In this document: piece by piece, positions 16,497 to 24,966 of the stretch
Layout of the letters: every line of letters begins with the position of its first letter
How positions within the stretch are numbered: position 1 is the first letter of the stretch
Source: Sphingobacteriales bacterium
GTDB taxonomy: Bacteria; Bacteroidota; Bacteroidia; Sphingobacteriales; Sphingobacteriaceae
Direction of reading: 5' to 3'
Assembly (NCBI GenBank): GCA_020058405.1
Contig: JAGVEE010000138.1
Coordinates: forward strand, 1 to 24,966
DNA length: 24,966 nt
Translations under genes and position numbers: made by a program
Notes under the pieces: model-generated
Told to the model about the DNA's origin: nothing
Databases searched by the model: none
What the model saw: only the letters and a program-made list of their open reading frames with translations

Positions 16497-18293
16497 CTAA
16501 TTGTTTGTGAAGAATTCTTTCAGCGCAATCAATTGTTTTTTGTTGAGCACTACGCTCAATTCCTCATCACTCGCTTCTCTAATCCGTTTTACCGATTTAA
16601 ATTTTATCAGCAATTTTTCGATGGTTGTTTTGCCTACTCCTGGAATTTCTTCTAACTCAGATTTGAGCGTTCCTTTATCACGTTTGCTTCTGTGGAAAGT
16701 TATACCGAAACGATGAGCCTCGTCTCGTAAATGCTGAATAATTTTTAAACTCTCCGATTTTTTATCAATATACAATGGTAAAGAATCGCCTGGATAGTAA
16801 ATTTCTTCTAACCTTTTTGCGATTCCTATAATAGTTACTTTCTTATCAATGCCTAGCTTCGCTAAACTTGCCACTGCCGATGATAATTGACCCTTACCGC
16901 CATCAATAACAATTAACTGAGGCAAATCCTGCTCTTCTTCTAGTAGTCGCTTATAGCGCCTAAAAACGGCTTCCTCCATGGTGGCAAAATCATTCGGACC
17001 TTCAACGGTTTTTACATTAAAATGCCTATAATCTTTTTTAGAAGGCTTTGCATCTTTAAACACCACAATTGCCGACACTGGATACTTGCCCTGAAAGTTT
17101 GAATTATCAAAACACTCAATGTGCTTTGGTAATTGATTCATTCGTAAATCTTTTTGAAGTTGCAATAAAACCCTTTCTGTTCGTGCCTCAGGGTTTACCT
17201 TTTCGTACTGTTCTAATTTAGATTTCTTAAAAAACAGAACATTTTTCATCGATAAATCTAAAAGACTTTTTTTATCGCCTAATTTGGGAACTATAAACTT
17301 TATGTTTTCTTTCGTGTCAATATTTAATTCGAAGGGAACAATAATTTCTTTTGCAGTACTGCTAAATTTATTTCTAAAATCAGAAATCGCTAAGCTTAAT
17401 AATTCCTCATCACTCTCATCTAATTTTTTTCTAATTTCAATGGTTTGAGTTTGAGAGATGGTACCCTTGTTTACTTTTAAATAATTTACGAAAGCTATTT
17501 TTTCATCAGAGCTAATCGCGAACACATCAATATTATCAATAATGGTACTTACTACCGTTGATTTACTTTGGTAATTCTCTAAAGTATCTATTTTCTCCTT
17601 CACCAAATTTGCCAACTCAAAATTCATATTCGCTGCTGCATCGTTCATCTCAGCATTTAAATGTTGGAGCACGGGTGTAATGTTTCCTCTTAAAATTTCT
17701 TTAATTTCTTTTATGTTTTCTTCATAGCTCTCAAAACTTTGAAAAGCTTGACAAGGTCCTTTACAATTGCCAATTTGATATTCTAAACAGACTTTAAATT
17801 TGCCTGCATTGATATTTGCTTCTGTAAGTGCTAAGCTGCAAGTTCTAATAGGGTATAAGGTTTTTATTAATTCGAGTATGGTACTCATCATACGTACCGA
17901 AGCATACGGACCTAAATAGGTCGAGCCGTCTTTAATGATATTTCGAGTTGGGAAAATTCTCGGGAATCTTTCTTTTTTTATACAAATAGACGGATAGGTT
18001 TTATCGTCTTTTAATAAAACGTTATATCGAGGTTGATGTTTTTTTATTAAAGAATTCTCTAATAACCATGCATCAATTTCAGTATCAACAATCGTAAATT
18101 TTATATCTCGAATTTTTTTTACGAGAATTTTTGTTTTAGAATTTACATTGTCGTTATTAAAATAAGAAGAAACTCTGTTGCGTAAATCTTTTGCTTTTCC
18201 AATATAAATTAAGGTGCCTTCTTCATCGTAATACTGATACACTCCGGGCTTATGCGGAATGTTTGCTAAGGCTGCACGATAATCAAACATCAT
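16497..18293 (-). CDS. uvrC: Excinuclease ABC subunit C, 598 aa
   Basis: GIY-YIG N-terminus (PGVYQYY...IYIGKAKDLRNRVSSYF), CLEYQIGNCKGPC, IECFDNSN, LIVIDGGKGQL, RDEAHRFGITFHR, HhH motif LEEIPGVGK. Confidence 0.97.
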   Translation of the reverse strand: MMFDYRAALANIPHKPGVYQYYDEEGTLIYIGKAKDLRNRVSSYFNNDNVNSKTKILVKKIRDIKFTIVDTEIDAWLLENSLIKKHQPRYNVLLKDDKTYPSICIKKERFPRIFPTRNIIKDGSTYLGPYASVRMMSTILELIKTLYPIRTCSLALTEANINAGKFKVCLEYQIGNCKGPCQAFQSFESYEENIKEIKEILRGNITPVLQHLNAEMNDAAANMNFELANLVKEKIDTLENYQSKSTVVSTIIDNIDVFAISSDEKIAFVNYLKVNKGTISQTQTIEIRKKLDESDEELLSLAISDFRNKFSSTAKEIIVPFELNIDTKENIKFIVPKLGDKKSLLDLSMKNVLFFKKSKLEQYEKVNPEARTERVLLQLQKDLRMNQLPKHIECFDNSNFQGKYPVSAIVVFKDAKPSKKDYRHFNVKTVEGPNDFATMEEAVFRRYKRLLEEEQDLPQLIVIDGGKGQLSSAVASLAKLGIDKKVTIIGIAKRLEEIYYPGDSLPLYIDKKSESLKIIQHLRDEAHRFGITFHRSKRDKGTLKSELEEIPGVGKTTIEKLLIKFKSVKRIREASDEELSVVLNKKQLIALKEFFTNN

Positions 18294-18308
18294 ATTGATA
18301 AAATCAAT

Positions 18309-20510
18309 TTAAAACTCTAAGCCAGGGTTGCTAGTACCTTGATTGTTCTTTTTATATTGATCGCAATCTACAACTATGCTTAGTCCTCCTGGTGGAGCTT
18401 CAAAATCTCGCATAGAAATAGAAAGGCTTGCATCACCATACACTTTTTTCATGTACAATGCCCAAATTGGCAAGGCGGTATTTGCGCCTTCACCTAAATT
18501 TGTTGATCTAAAATGTACAATTCTATCCTCGGCACCGGTCCAAGTTCCAGAAACTAAATCGGGTGTAATGCCAATAAACCATCCATCAGAGTTTTCTTGT
18601 GTAGTACCCGTTTTACCGGCAATAGGGTTTGTAAATCTATAGCGTGGTCCGCGTAAACGCAAACCTGTACCTTTATCAATTACACCCTTCATCATGTAAA
18701 TCATTAAATAAGCTGTTTGTTCACTTAAAGCATCCACTTTACGCGGCACTTTTTCAAAAAGTACATTTCCGTTTTTATCTTCTATTCTTGTAATGTACAC
18801 TGGTTCGGTCCACACACCTTTATTTGCATAGGTTGAATAAGCACCTACCATTTCATATAAACTTACATCTGGCGTACCTAAACAAATAGATGGGTAAGGA
18901 GGAATTTCACTCGTGATGCCCATTTTCTTCGCCACATTTACAACCGCTTGTGGGCCTACTTGCTTCATCATGTATGCTGTAATTAAATTTACAGAATTTG
19001 ATAAGCCCATTCTCAAAGTCATCATGCCGCCATCTTTCCCATCAGAATTTTTAGGCGACCAATTATCGAAATCTTCAAACACAATTGGCAAATTGGGTGC
19101 TTCAAAACAAGGCGACCAGCCATTGTCCATGGCAACAGTATACACTAAAGGTTTAAATGTAGAACCTACTTGGCGCTTTCCAGTTTTTACTTGATCGTAT
19201 TTAAAGTATCTGTAATCTGGTCCGCCTACCCAAGCTTTTATATGGCCAGTGTGCGGGTCCATCGACATAAAACTAGAACGTAAGTACCATTTATAATATT
19301 TAATAGAATCTAAGGGAGTCATTGTTGTATCTCTATCGCCAGTCCATGTAAACACTGTCATGGAAGTTGGAGTATCAAATACTTTTCTTATTTCCTCATC
19401 ACTTGCACCTTCCTCTTTCATCAACATATAACGCTCACTTCGTTTCATAGAAAGGCTTATAATATCAGTGTTTTTACCCCAAGGTGTTCTGCCTTTCCAA
19501 TGGTTGTTAAACTCTTTCTGAAGGTAAGTTAAATGCTCTTTCACTGCTTCCTCTGCATAACGTTGCATGCGCGAATCGAGTGTAGTGTAAATTTTCAATC
19601 CATCTCTATATAAATCATAAGGCTCGCCGTCTGATTTTGTGTTTTCTTTGCACCAAGCTTGCAATTCAATTCGCAAGTATTCTCTAAAGTATGTTGCTAA
19701 ACCTTGGTTATGTGTAGGGCTTGTAAATTTTAAATTTAATTCTGATGAAATCGCTTCTTCGTATTCTGTCTCGGTGATGTAGCCATATTTTTCCATTTGG
19801 GCCAATACTACATTTCTTCTTCTTAGAGAACGGTCTGGGTTACGAATTGGTGAATAAACAGTAGTGCCTTTTAGTATTCCAACTAGCAATGCTGCTTCAT
19901 CAATTTTTAACTCAGAAGGTAGTTTGTTGAAATATGTTTTTGCTGCTGTTTTTATACCGAATGAATTATTTCCAAATTCAACAGTATTAAAATACATGGT
20001 AATAATTTCTTCTTTGGTATAGTTACGTTCAATTTTTATAGCCGTTAACCATTCTTTTAGTTTGATGATTCCAATGTTGAAAATGGTTTGTTTTTTGCGT
20101 GGAAATAAGTTTTTTGCTAATTGTTGTGTGATGGTACTAGAACCTCTTTTTTTACCAATAGCCGAGTAAAATATAATTGCAAAAGTGCCTTTTAAATCGA
20201 TACCAGAATGTTCGTAAAAACGAATATCCTCCGTAGCAATTAATGCATTAATTAAATTAGGTGATAAATCTTTGAATTTTGTGTTTGATCTGTTTTGTAT
20301 ATAGTAAGCACCTAGCACTTGCCCGTCTGTAGAAATAACTTCAGAAGCTAAACTGCTTTTCGGATTTTCTAAATCTCTAAAAGTCGGCAATTCACCAAAC
20401 AAGCCAAAGCCAACAGAGCTAATTAATAATACAACAAATAAAAATCCTCCAACAATAATTTGCCAGAATCTTTTTATATATGTGTTGCCAGTGGATGATT
20501 TATTACTCAT
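18309..20510 (-). CDS. mrcA: Class A penicillin-binding protein (PBP1A-type transglycosylase/transpeptidase), 733 aa
   Basis: N-terminal TM; GT51 motifs EDIRFYEHSGID, GSSTITQQLAKNLF, LKEW...IERNYTKEEI; transpeptidase SxxK (GSTFKP), SxN (SVN), KTG (GKTGTT). Confidence 0.92.
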   Translation of the reverse strand: MSNKSSTGNTYIKRFWQIIVGGFLFVVLLISSVGFGLFGELPTFRDLENPKSSLASEVISTDGQVLGAYYIQNRSNTKFKDLSPNLINALIATEDIRFYEHSGIDLKGTFAIIFYSAIGKKRGSSTITQQLAKNLFPRKKQTIFNIGIIKLKEWLTAIKIERNYTKEEIITMYFNTVEFGNNSFGIKTAAKTYFNKLPSELKIDEAALLVGILKGTTVYSPIRNPDRSLRRRNVVLAQMEKYGYITETEYEEAISSELNLKFTSPTHNQGLATYFREYLRIELQAWCKENTKSDGEPYDLYRDGLKIYTTLDSRMQRYAEEAVKEHLTYLQKEFNNHWKGRTPWGKNTDIISLSMKRSERYMLMKEEGASDEEIRKVFDTPTSMTVFTWTGDRDTTMTPLDSIKYYKWYLRSSFMSMDPHTGHIKAWVGGPDYRYFKYDQVKTGKRQVGSTFKPLVYTVAMDNGWSPCFEAPNLPIVFEDFDNWSPKNSDGKDGGMMTLRMGLSNSVNLITAYMMKQVGPQAVVNVAKKMGITSEIPPYPSICLGTPDVSLYEMVGAYSTYANKGVWTEPVYITRIEDKNGNVLFEKVPRKVDALSEQTAYLMIYMMKGVIDKGTGLRLRGPRYRFTNPIAGKTGTTQENSDGWFIGITPDLVSGTWTGAEDRIVHFRSTNLGEGANTALPIWALYMKKVYGDASLSISMRDFEAPPGGLSIVVDCDQYKKNNQGTSNPGLEF

Positions 20511-23112
20511 TGCTTATTAAATAATTACCATTGTAAAATTGAATGTATTTTTTTACTGCTTTGCTTTCTCTTAATGTTTTTAAATTACGTTCAGAAATAA
20601 AAGAAATTACATAGGTATTAGGTTTTAACTTTATTACTTCGTTTGTTTTTTTAGTTAAGGCATTAATGTATTCGCGTGCACTTGCTACATCTTCAAAGTT
20701 TTCAATTAGTAATAGTTGCTCTTTTTCTCCTAACAATTCAGAATTTATTCGCAAACTTTTTAATGAAAATTCGGTGATGTTAAAACGAACCAAATTGTTT
20801 TTTGTATCACGCAACACAGACATGTCTGTAGAAATCATTACAATATACTTCGCTCTGTTTTCTAATTCAAAATTTATCGGATCTTCTTCTCTAGCTGCTT
20901 TTAACGCTGGATTTTTTTGTTCTTCAATTTTCTTTAAATGTTCACGTGCCATACTAGCGGCATCTGATGATGGGAAGTCGTTTAACAATTTTTGTAATGA
21001 AGCCTCAAATGCAGTTTGCCCATTTACTTTATTTTGTGTTAAGGCATATAAATAATAGTATTTTGGTGCGATGCTAGTTTTGGAGTATTGAGTATCTATT
21101 CTTGATTTCGAACTAAATACTGCTTCATAACTTCCGTTTTTATAGGCATCATAAATATTATCGTAAAAATGCTGAGCAGCTAAATCGTTAGCTTTTGCTT
21201 CTGATATATATGATGGATCTAAAATTACTTTTGCAATTAAAGAATTAGGAAAATCACTTAAAATTTTATTCTTGTAATATTCGCTTTGCTGTTTATTGTT
21301 CACTTCAGCATATAATCTATATAAGTTGAAATATATTTCGGCGCGAAGCTTATTATCTGGAAATTGTGACACACAAGTTTCATATGCTTTTATAGATTCT
21401 TTCAAATTAATGATTTCTTCTCTATAAAACTGTCCAATATTATAATATGCTTTTACCATTTTATCGGTTGAAGCAGTTAAGGCAGCAGGTGTTGTTGGGA
21501 TGTTTGCTAAATATCTTTTCTTTATGGCAGCATCGTCATTTTTATTTGCAGCACTCCCTTTTTCTTCTGCATTTGTTTCTCCATTATTCGGTGCAGTTAT
21601 TGTAGCGTATGATTCTTTGTTAGATCTTCTCCAATTATCTTCTAATGTTCTTCGACCATACTTTTTAACAAAGTCTGCATTTCCCAAGCCTATAGAATTT
21701 TGATTATAAAAATACCAAGTACTACCTGAGCCAACATTTGTTGCATTTGTAGTAACACCATCACCTGGCCTGGAAATATTATTGAGTGCCTGTTCAGCTA
21801 TTCTTTTTTCTTCTTCTTGTTGTCGAATTTTTTCTTCCTTTTCTTTTTTAATTACTTTCTCTACATAAGCTATTCGCTCAGATTCAGGCATTCGAGCAAG
21901 TCTCATTAAACTATCTTCACGTTGAATGATAATTAAATTTTCAACTAATTTTGTTAAACTATTTTTGCGTTTGTTTACGAATTCGAAATCGGGATTTGAT
22001 TTTGGTAAGAATGTACCAGCACTGTCATAATACATTTGTGAAATCTGGTAACGCTCTCTATCGTAATAAATATTTGCTAATTTAAAATAGGCTAATCCTT
22101 TTTGACTTAAATTATTTACACTGCTAGCAGCAGAAGATTTAAATGCATCTACCATTTTTTCTTCTTCCTCATCTTTCTCATAAATCAATCCAAGGGAATA
22201 ATAAATTTGATCTCTAAATTCTTTGTTCTTCGAATCGTTAAGCATTTTTATTAATTCTTTCTCTAGATTTTTTTTAGAGCCAGCTGTGCTTCTTTGCACT
22301 AATCTTGCGGAATTTATTTTTGCATTAAACAACAAATCGTAAGCAGGATTCATTTTTACTACTTGTTGGTATTTAACACCTGCTTTACCATCTTCGTTTA
22401 TTTTTTCTAACAGTTGAGCAGTAATGTAAGTATACCTAGCACGTTTGTTTTTTTTCTTTTGAATAACGGTAGCCTTCTCTAAATATTCAACAGCCTTGGC
22501 ATAATTTTTTTTGTCAATATAATACCATGCAACTGTTGCAAATAATTCTGAGATGTGTTTCTTAGGAAAAGTTTCACTAGCAAGCGCAATGTTTATTACC
22601 GACTCAGCCTGTGGATATTTTTTTAATAAGATGTAACATTTTATGAGCCAGATGTACGACTTGTCGCCCACTTCTTTGTCTTTATACCTGCCTGCTGCAA
22701 ACTGAAAAGTTTCTGCAGCCGTGAAATAATCTTTTTTATAAAAATAAGCCCTGCCAATTTCAAAATAACAATCGTCGATCCACTTACTACGTTCATGCCT
22801 TTGAACCACAAGAGAAGCTTTTTTAATGGCCTCGTCCATGGCTTGGTTGCCGCCACCTTTTCCAGATTTTGCTTCAGACTCTTCTTTTGCAATTTTAAAC
22901 ACAGGCAGAATATCATCATATCTATCCTGAAACGACTTGTCGTTTTGTTTCTCGGTATTGTCTATTTTAAGTTTTGCATTGAAATATCCATTATAATGAG
23001 CGGTTATATCATGGTAAATTTTCCCGATTGCAGATTTCTTGCTCGATTTACATGAGCTCAAAACCAAAATCATTACAATGTATATAGATATTTTGAGGGA
23101 ATTCGTTTTCAA
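20503..23112 (-). CDS. sprE: TPR lipoprotein SprE/PorW (T9SS/gliding component), 869 aa
   Basis: TTG start, lipobox LSSC, then YHDITAHYNGYFNA (SprE/PorW-type N-terminal motif as I recall it), many TPR-like helices, RTLEDNWRRSNK; length matches my recollection of SprE (~870 aa). Confidence 0.8.
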   Translation of the reverse strand: MKTNSLKISIYIVMILVLSSCKSSKKSAIGKIYHDITAHYNGYFNAKLKIDNTEKQNDKSFQDRYDDILPVFKIAKEESEAKSGKGGGNQAMDEAIKKASLVVQRHERSKWIDDCYFEIGRAYFYKKDYFTAAETFQFAAGRYKDKEVGDKSYIWLIKCYILLKKYPQAESVINIALASETFPKKHISELFATVAWYYIDKKNYAKAVEYLEKATVIQKKKNKRARYTYITAQLLEKINEDGKAGVKYQQVVKMNPAYDLLFNAKINSARLVQRSTAGSKKNLEKELIKMLNDSKNKEFRDQIYYSLGLIYEKDEEEEKMVDAFKSSAASSVNNLSQKGLAYFKLANIYYDRERYQISQMYYDSAGTFLPKSNPDFEFVNKRKNSLTKLVENLIIIQREDSLMRLARMPESERIAYVEKVIKKEKEEKIRQQEEEKRIAEQALNNISRPGDGVTTNATNVGSGSTWYFYNQNSIGLGNADFVKKYGRRTLEDNWRRSNKESYATITAPNNGETNAEEKGSAANKNDDAAIKKRYLANIPTTPAALTASTDKMVKAYYNIGQFYREEIINLKESIKAYETCVSQFPDNKLRAEIYFNLYRLYAEVNNKQQSEYYKNKILSDFPNSLIAKVILDPSYISEAKANDLAAQHFYDNIYDAYKNGSYEAVFSSKSRIDTQYSKTSIAPKYYYLYALTQNKVNGQTAFEASLQKLLNDFPSSDAASMAREHLKKIEEQKNPALKAAREEDPINFELENRAKYIVMISTDMSVLRDTKNNLVRFNITEFSLKSLRINSELLGEKEQLLLIENFEDVASAREYINALTKKTNEVIKLKPNTYVISFISERNLKTLRESKAVKKYIQFYNGNYLISNE

Positions 23113-23145
23113 TTTTAATTGTTTACAGTATTAACTAAAGGATTA

Positions 23146-23153
23146 CAAATTTA
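23146..23153 (-). promoter_or_regulatory. Candidate -7 element (TAAATTTG on the minus strand) for sprE-PBP1A-uvrC
   Basis: Plus-strand CAAATTTA, 33 nt upstream of the TTG at 23112; only TTTA at the -33 position (21-nt spacer). Confidence 0.55.
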
Positions 23154-23234
23154 TTTTATTTAATGATATTCTTTTAAAACTTATTACGATTAAGTACAAT
23201 TCGATAAAAATGGTTTAATTTGTAAGCATTGCGT

Positions 23235-24104
23235 ATGACCAAAAAGAAGCAAAAAATACTAGATCGTTTAAAGAATAAGTACAAATTAGTTATTCTGAAC
23301 GACGAAACCTTCGAAGAAAAGGCCTCATTTACCTTAAATAGGTTAAATGTGTTCATTCTTGGAAGCATGCTATTGGTATTATTGATAAGCATAGTAACCT
23401 CTTTATTAATATTCACACCCTTAAAAGAGTACATTCCTGGTTATGCAGATGTTTCGTTGCGTAGAGATATCTCTGAAATGGCATTGAGAGTGGATTCTAT
23501 GCAAATGATTATAGATGCGAACGATCAATACATTGAGAATGTGAAAGGTGTAATTAACGGGACTGTTGGACTGAACGATACCATCAATAAAAATAGTAAA
23601 CCGACTTTAAAAGACACCACCTTTAGAATTGGTGCAAAACCTGAGGAAGATTCGTTGTTAAGGCTGATGATTGAAGACCAAAATCAATATGGTTTTGCAA
23701 TTAAAGAGAGCAATGTGAAGCCCACAGGCATAGCTGGTTATACTTTTTTTACACCTGTAAAAGGCATAATTTCCGAAAAGTATAACCCCAGAAAAGGTCA
23801 TTATGGTATTGATGTGGCAGCAACAAAAGGAATGCCTGTAAAAGCAACGTTGGAGGGAAGTGTAATATTTGCAAGTTGGACTTCTGATGGAGGATATGTA
23901 ATAGCAATACAGCATGGAAACGACTTAATATCAATATATAAGCATTGTTCTGTGCTTTTCAAAAAAGTTGGTAACTTTGTACGTTCCGGAGAACCGATAG
24001 CAATTGTAGGGGATTCTGGTGAAATGCAAACAGGTCCGCATGTGCACTTTGAGCTTTGGTTTAAAGGCAACGCAGTGAACCCAAAGGAATACATAAATTT
24101 TTAA
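23235..24104 (+). CDS. M23 family zinc metallopeptidase (peptidoglycan endopeptidase) with N-terminal TM anchor and coiled coil, ~289 aa
   Basis: HYGID (HxxxD) and HVHFELW (HxH); TM segment VFILGSMLLVLLISIVTSLLIF; start at ATG 23235 (or TTG 23229). Confidence 0.92.
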   Translation: MTKKKQKILDRLKNKYKLVILNDETFEEKASFTLNRLNVFILGSMLLVLLISIVTSLLIFTPLKEYIPGYADVSLRRDISEMALRVDSMQMIIDANDQYIENVKGVINGTVGLNDTINKNSKPTLKDTTFRIGAKPEEDSLLRLMIEDQNQYGFAIKESNVKPTGIAGYTFFTPVKGIISEKYNPRKGHYGIDVAATKGMPVKATLEGSVIFASWTSDGGYVIAIQHGNDLISIYKHCSVLFKKVGNFVRSGEPIAIVGDSGEMQTGPHVHFELWFKGNAVNPKEYINF

Positions 24105-24108
24105 AATT

Positions 24109-24537
24109 ATGTTTGAGAAGAAAGAACACAAAACAACTAAAGAGAACGAGTTAAATGGCTCGATTAATTTAATTGGACAAGGAACTACGATTACAGGCGA
24201 TATGTCTTGTAAAGGAGATATACGTATTGATGGGGAGATTGTAGGCAATGTGATATCAAAAGCGAAAGTTGTAATTGGAGCAACAGGGAAAGTGGTTGGC
24301 GATATTATAGGCACTAACGCAGATATTTCTGGGCAGTTAACTGGCGACTTAACGGTTTCAGATACCATATTTTTAAAATCTTCGGCAAGAATAGAAGGCG
24401 ATATGGTTACTAATAAGTTAATTGTAGAGTCGGGGGCAATTTTCAGCGGAAATTGTAACATGGGAATATCATCAGAGAAAGGATATTCGTCAAAAATAAA
24501 GACTGAAAAATCTCTTCAAGAAATAGAGGGCAATTGA
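24109..24537 (+). CDS. Bactofilin (polymer-forming cytoskeletal protein, CcmA/BacA family), 142 aa
   Basis: Right-handed beta-helix signature LIGQGTTITGDM...IRIDGEIVGNV...VVIGATGKVVGDI...IEGDMVTNKLIVESGAIFSGNCNM. Confidence 0.93.
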   Translation: MFEKKEHKTTKENELNGSINLIGQGTTITGDMSCKGDIRIDGEIVGNVISKAKVVIGATGKVVGDIIGTNADISGQLTGDLTVSDTIFLKSSARIEGDMVTNKLIVESGAIFSGNCNMGISSEKGYSSKIKTEKSLQEIEGN

Positions 24538-24719
24538 ACAGTTATTTAAAATATGCTGGTTTAGGCTTTCAAATGTTAGTTACCATAGGAGGTTTGAGTT
24601 ATTTAGGGCATTATCTCGACAAAAAATGGGAATTAAGCACGCCTTGGTTGACCATAAGTTTAGCACTCTTTGGCGTAATCGCTTCGATGTATCAAGTAAT
24701 TAAATCACTCAATAAATAA
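24534..24719 (+). CDS. AtpZ/AtpI-family (ATP synthase gene 1) small membrane protein, 61 aa
   Basis: YAGLGFQMLVTIGGLSYLGHYLDKKW...PWLTISLALFGV, a two-TM signature with GxxLD; TTG start overlaps the bactofilin TGA (TTGA). Confidence 0.85.
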   Translation: MNSYLKYAGLGFQMLVTIGGLSYLGHYLDKKWELSTPWLTISLALFGVIASMYQVIKSLNK

Positions 24720-24720
24720 G

Positions 24721-24966
24721 ATGAGCTTATTAAAGTATTCAATATACACGCTATTTATTGGTGTATTAATGTATGGAATGGGAGAAGTAATGAATAATTT
24801 GCTGGAGCGCGACTTCTTTTTAAGTGCTTATCCAACTTTTATTTTGTTTTTTTATGTGATCGGAATGCTAGCATATGGAATTTGTGAGTGGGGATTAAAA
24901 AAATCTGCAGATAGTTCAGTATTTATTGTATTGGCCGCGGTAGTTGCAAAACTGCTTTTAAGCATG
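24721..24966 (+). CDS. Partial hydrophobic membrane protein (probable second AtpI-like gene preceding atpB), truncated by the window edge
   Basis: My translation is open to the edge: MSLLKYSIYTLFIGVLMYGMGEVMNNLLERDFFLSAYPTFILFFYVIGMLAYGICEWGLKKSADSSVFIVLAAVVAKLLLSM; starts 1 nt after the preceding stop. Absent from the ORF track. The atp-operon context is inferred. Confidence 0.7.
   Translation, partial: MSLLKYSIYTLFIGVLMYGMGEVMNNLLERDFFLSAYPTFILFFYVIGMLAYGICEWGLKKSADSSVFIVLAAVVAKLLLSM

Noticed and set aside
1185-23055. Short ORF-track entries (60-130 aa) nested in or antisense to long genes, e.g. 1185-1418, 6737-7015, 9821-10090, 18376-18642, 20666-21055, 22641-22919
   Set aside because: All lie wholly within confidently identified genes on another frame or strand and show no motifs; treated as shadow ORFs.
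23215-23222. TTAATTTG as the -7 promoter element for the M23 operon
   Set aside because: It does not fit TAnnTTTG spacing exactly and has no -33 support; left uncalled.
23174-23934. Minus-strand ORFs 23174-23434, 23658-23915 and 23749-23934 overlapping the M23 gene
   Set aside because: Antisense to a well-supported CDS, with no protein-like features.
23931-24461. 176-aa minus-strand ORF
   Set aside because: Antisense shadow of the M23 3' end and the Gly/Ile/Val-rich bactofilin repeats; no recognisable family.
1-24966. CRISPR array, rRNA/tRNA, riboswitch, IS/integrase or prophage genes
   Set aside because: No spaced 25-45-nt repeats, no RNA-gene-like segments in the short intergenic gaps and no recombinase or phage motifs were seen by eye. 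An Infernal/tRNAscan run would be definitive.

Overview
AT-rich Bacteroidota chromosome segment (phylum inferred from T9SS genes, TAnnTTTG promoters and leaders lacking Shine-Dalgarno sites). Left: hemW plus a cyclase-family gene (minus strand), divergent from Omp85-family / DUF4271 / hemD, then the type IX secretion and gliding motor genes porP-gldK-gldL-gldM-gldN, ending in a 7-bp-periodic TAG array and a strong intrinsic terminator. Middle (about 11.4-16.5 kb): an accessory-looking pair of T9SS cargo genes. One is a ~1190-aa subtilisin / beta-helix / helical / CTD gene split by a single +1 frameshift at about 13585; the other is a closely following 7-repeat beta-propeller / CTD gene. Right: a minus-strand sprE(porW)-PBP1A-uvrC operon, divergent from M23 peptidase - bactofilin - AtpZ/I-like - membrane ORF (probable head of the ATP synthase operon, cut by the window edge). 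No rRNA, tRNA, CRISPR array, transposase or integrase was seen. All family calls come from motif recognition, not database searches. The best leads are the protease+propeller T9SS cargo pair and its frameshift, the all-frame bidirectional stop heptamer array, the promoter consensus embedded in the DUF4271 YLC codons, and the linkage of SprE with peptidoglycan-remodelling and bactofilin genes.
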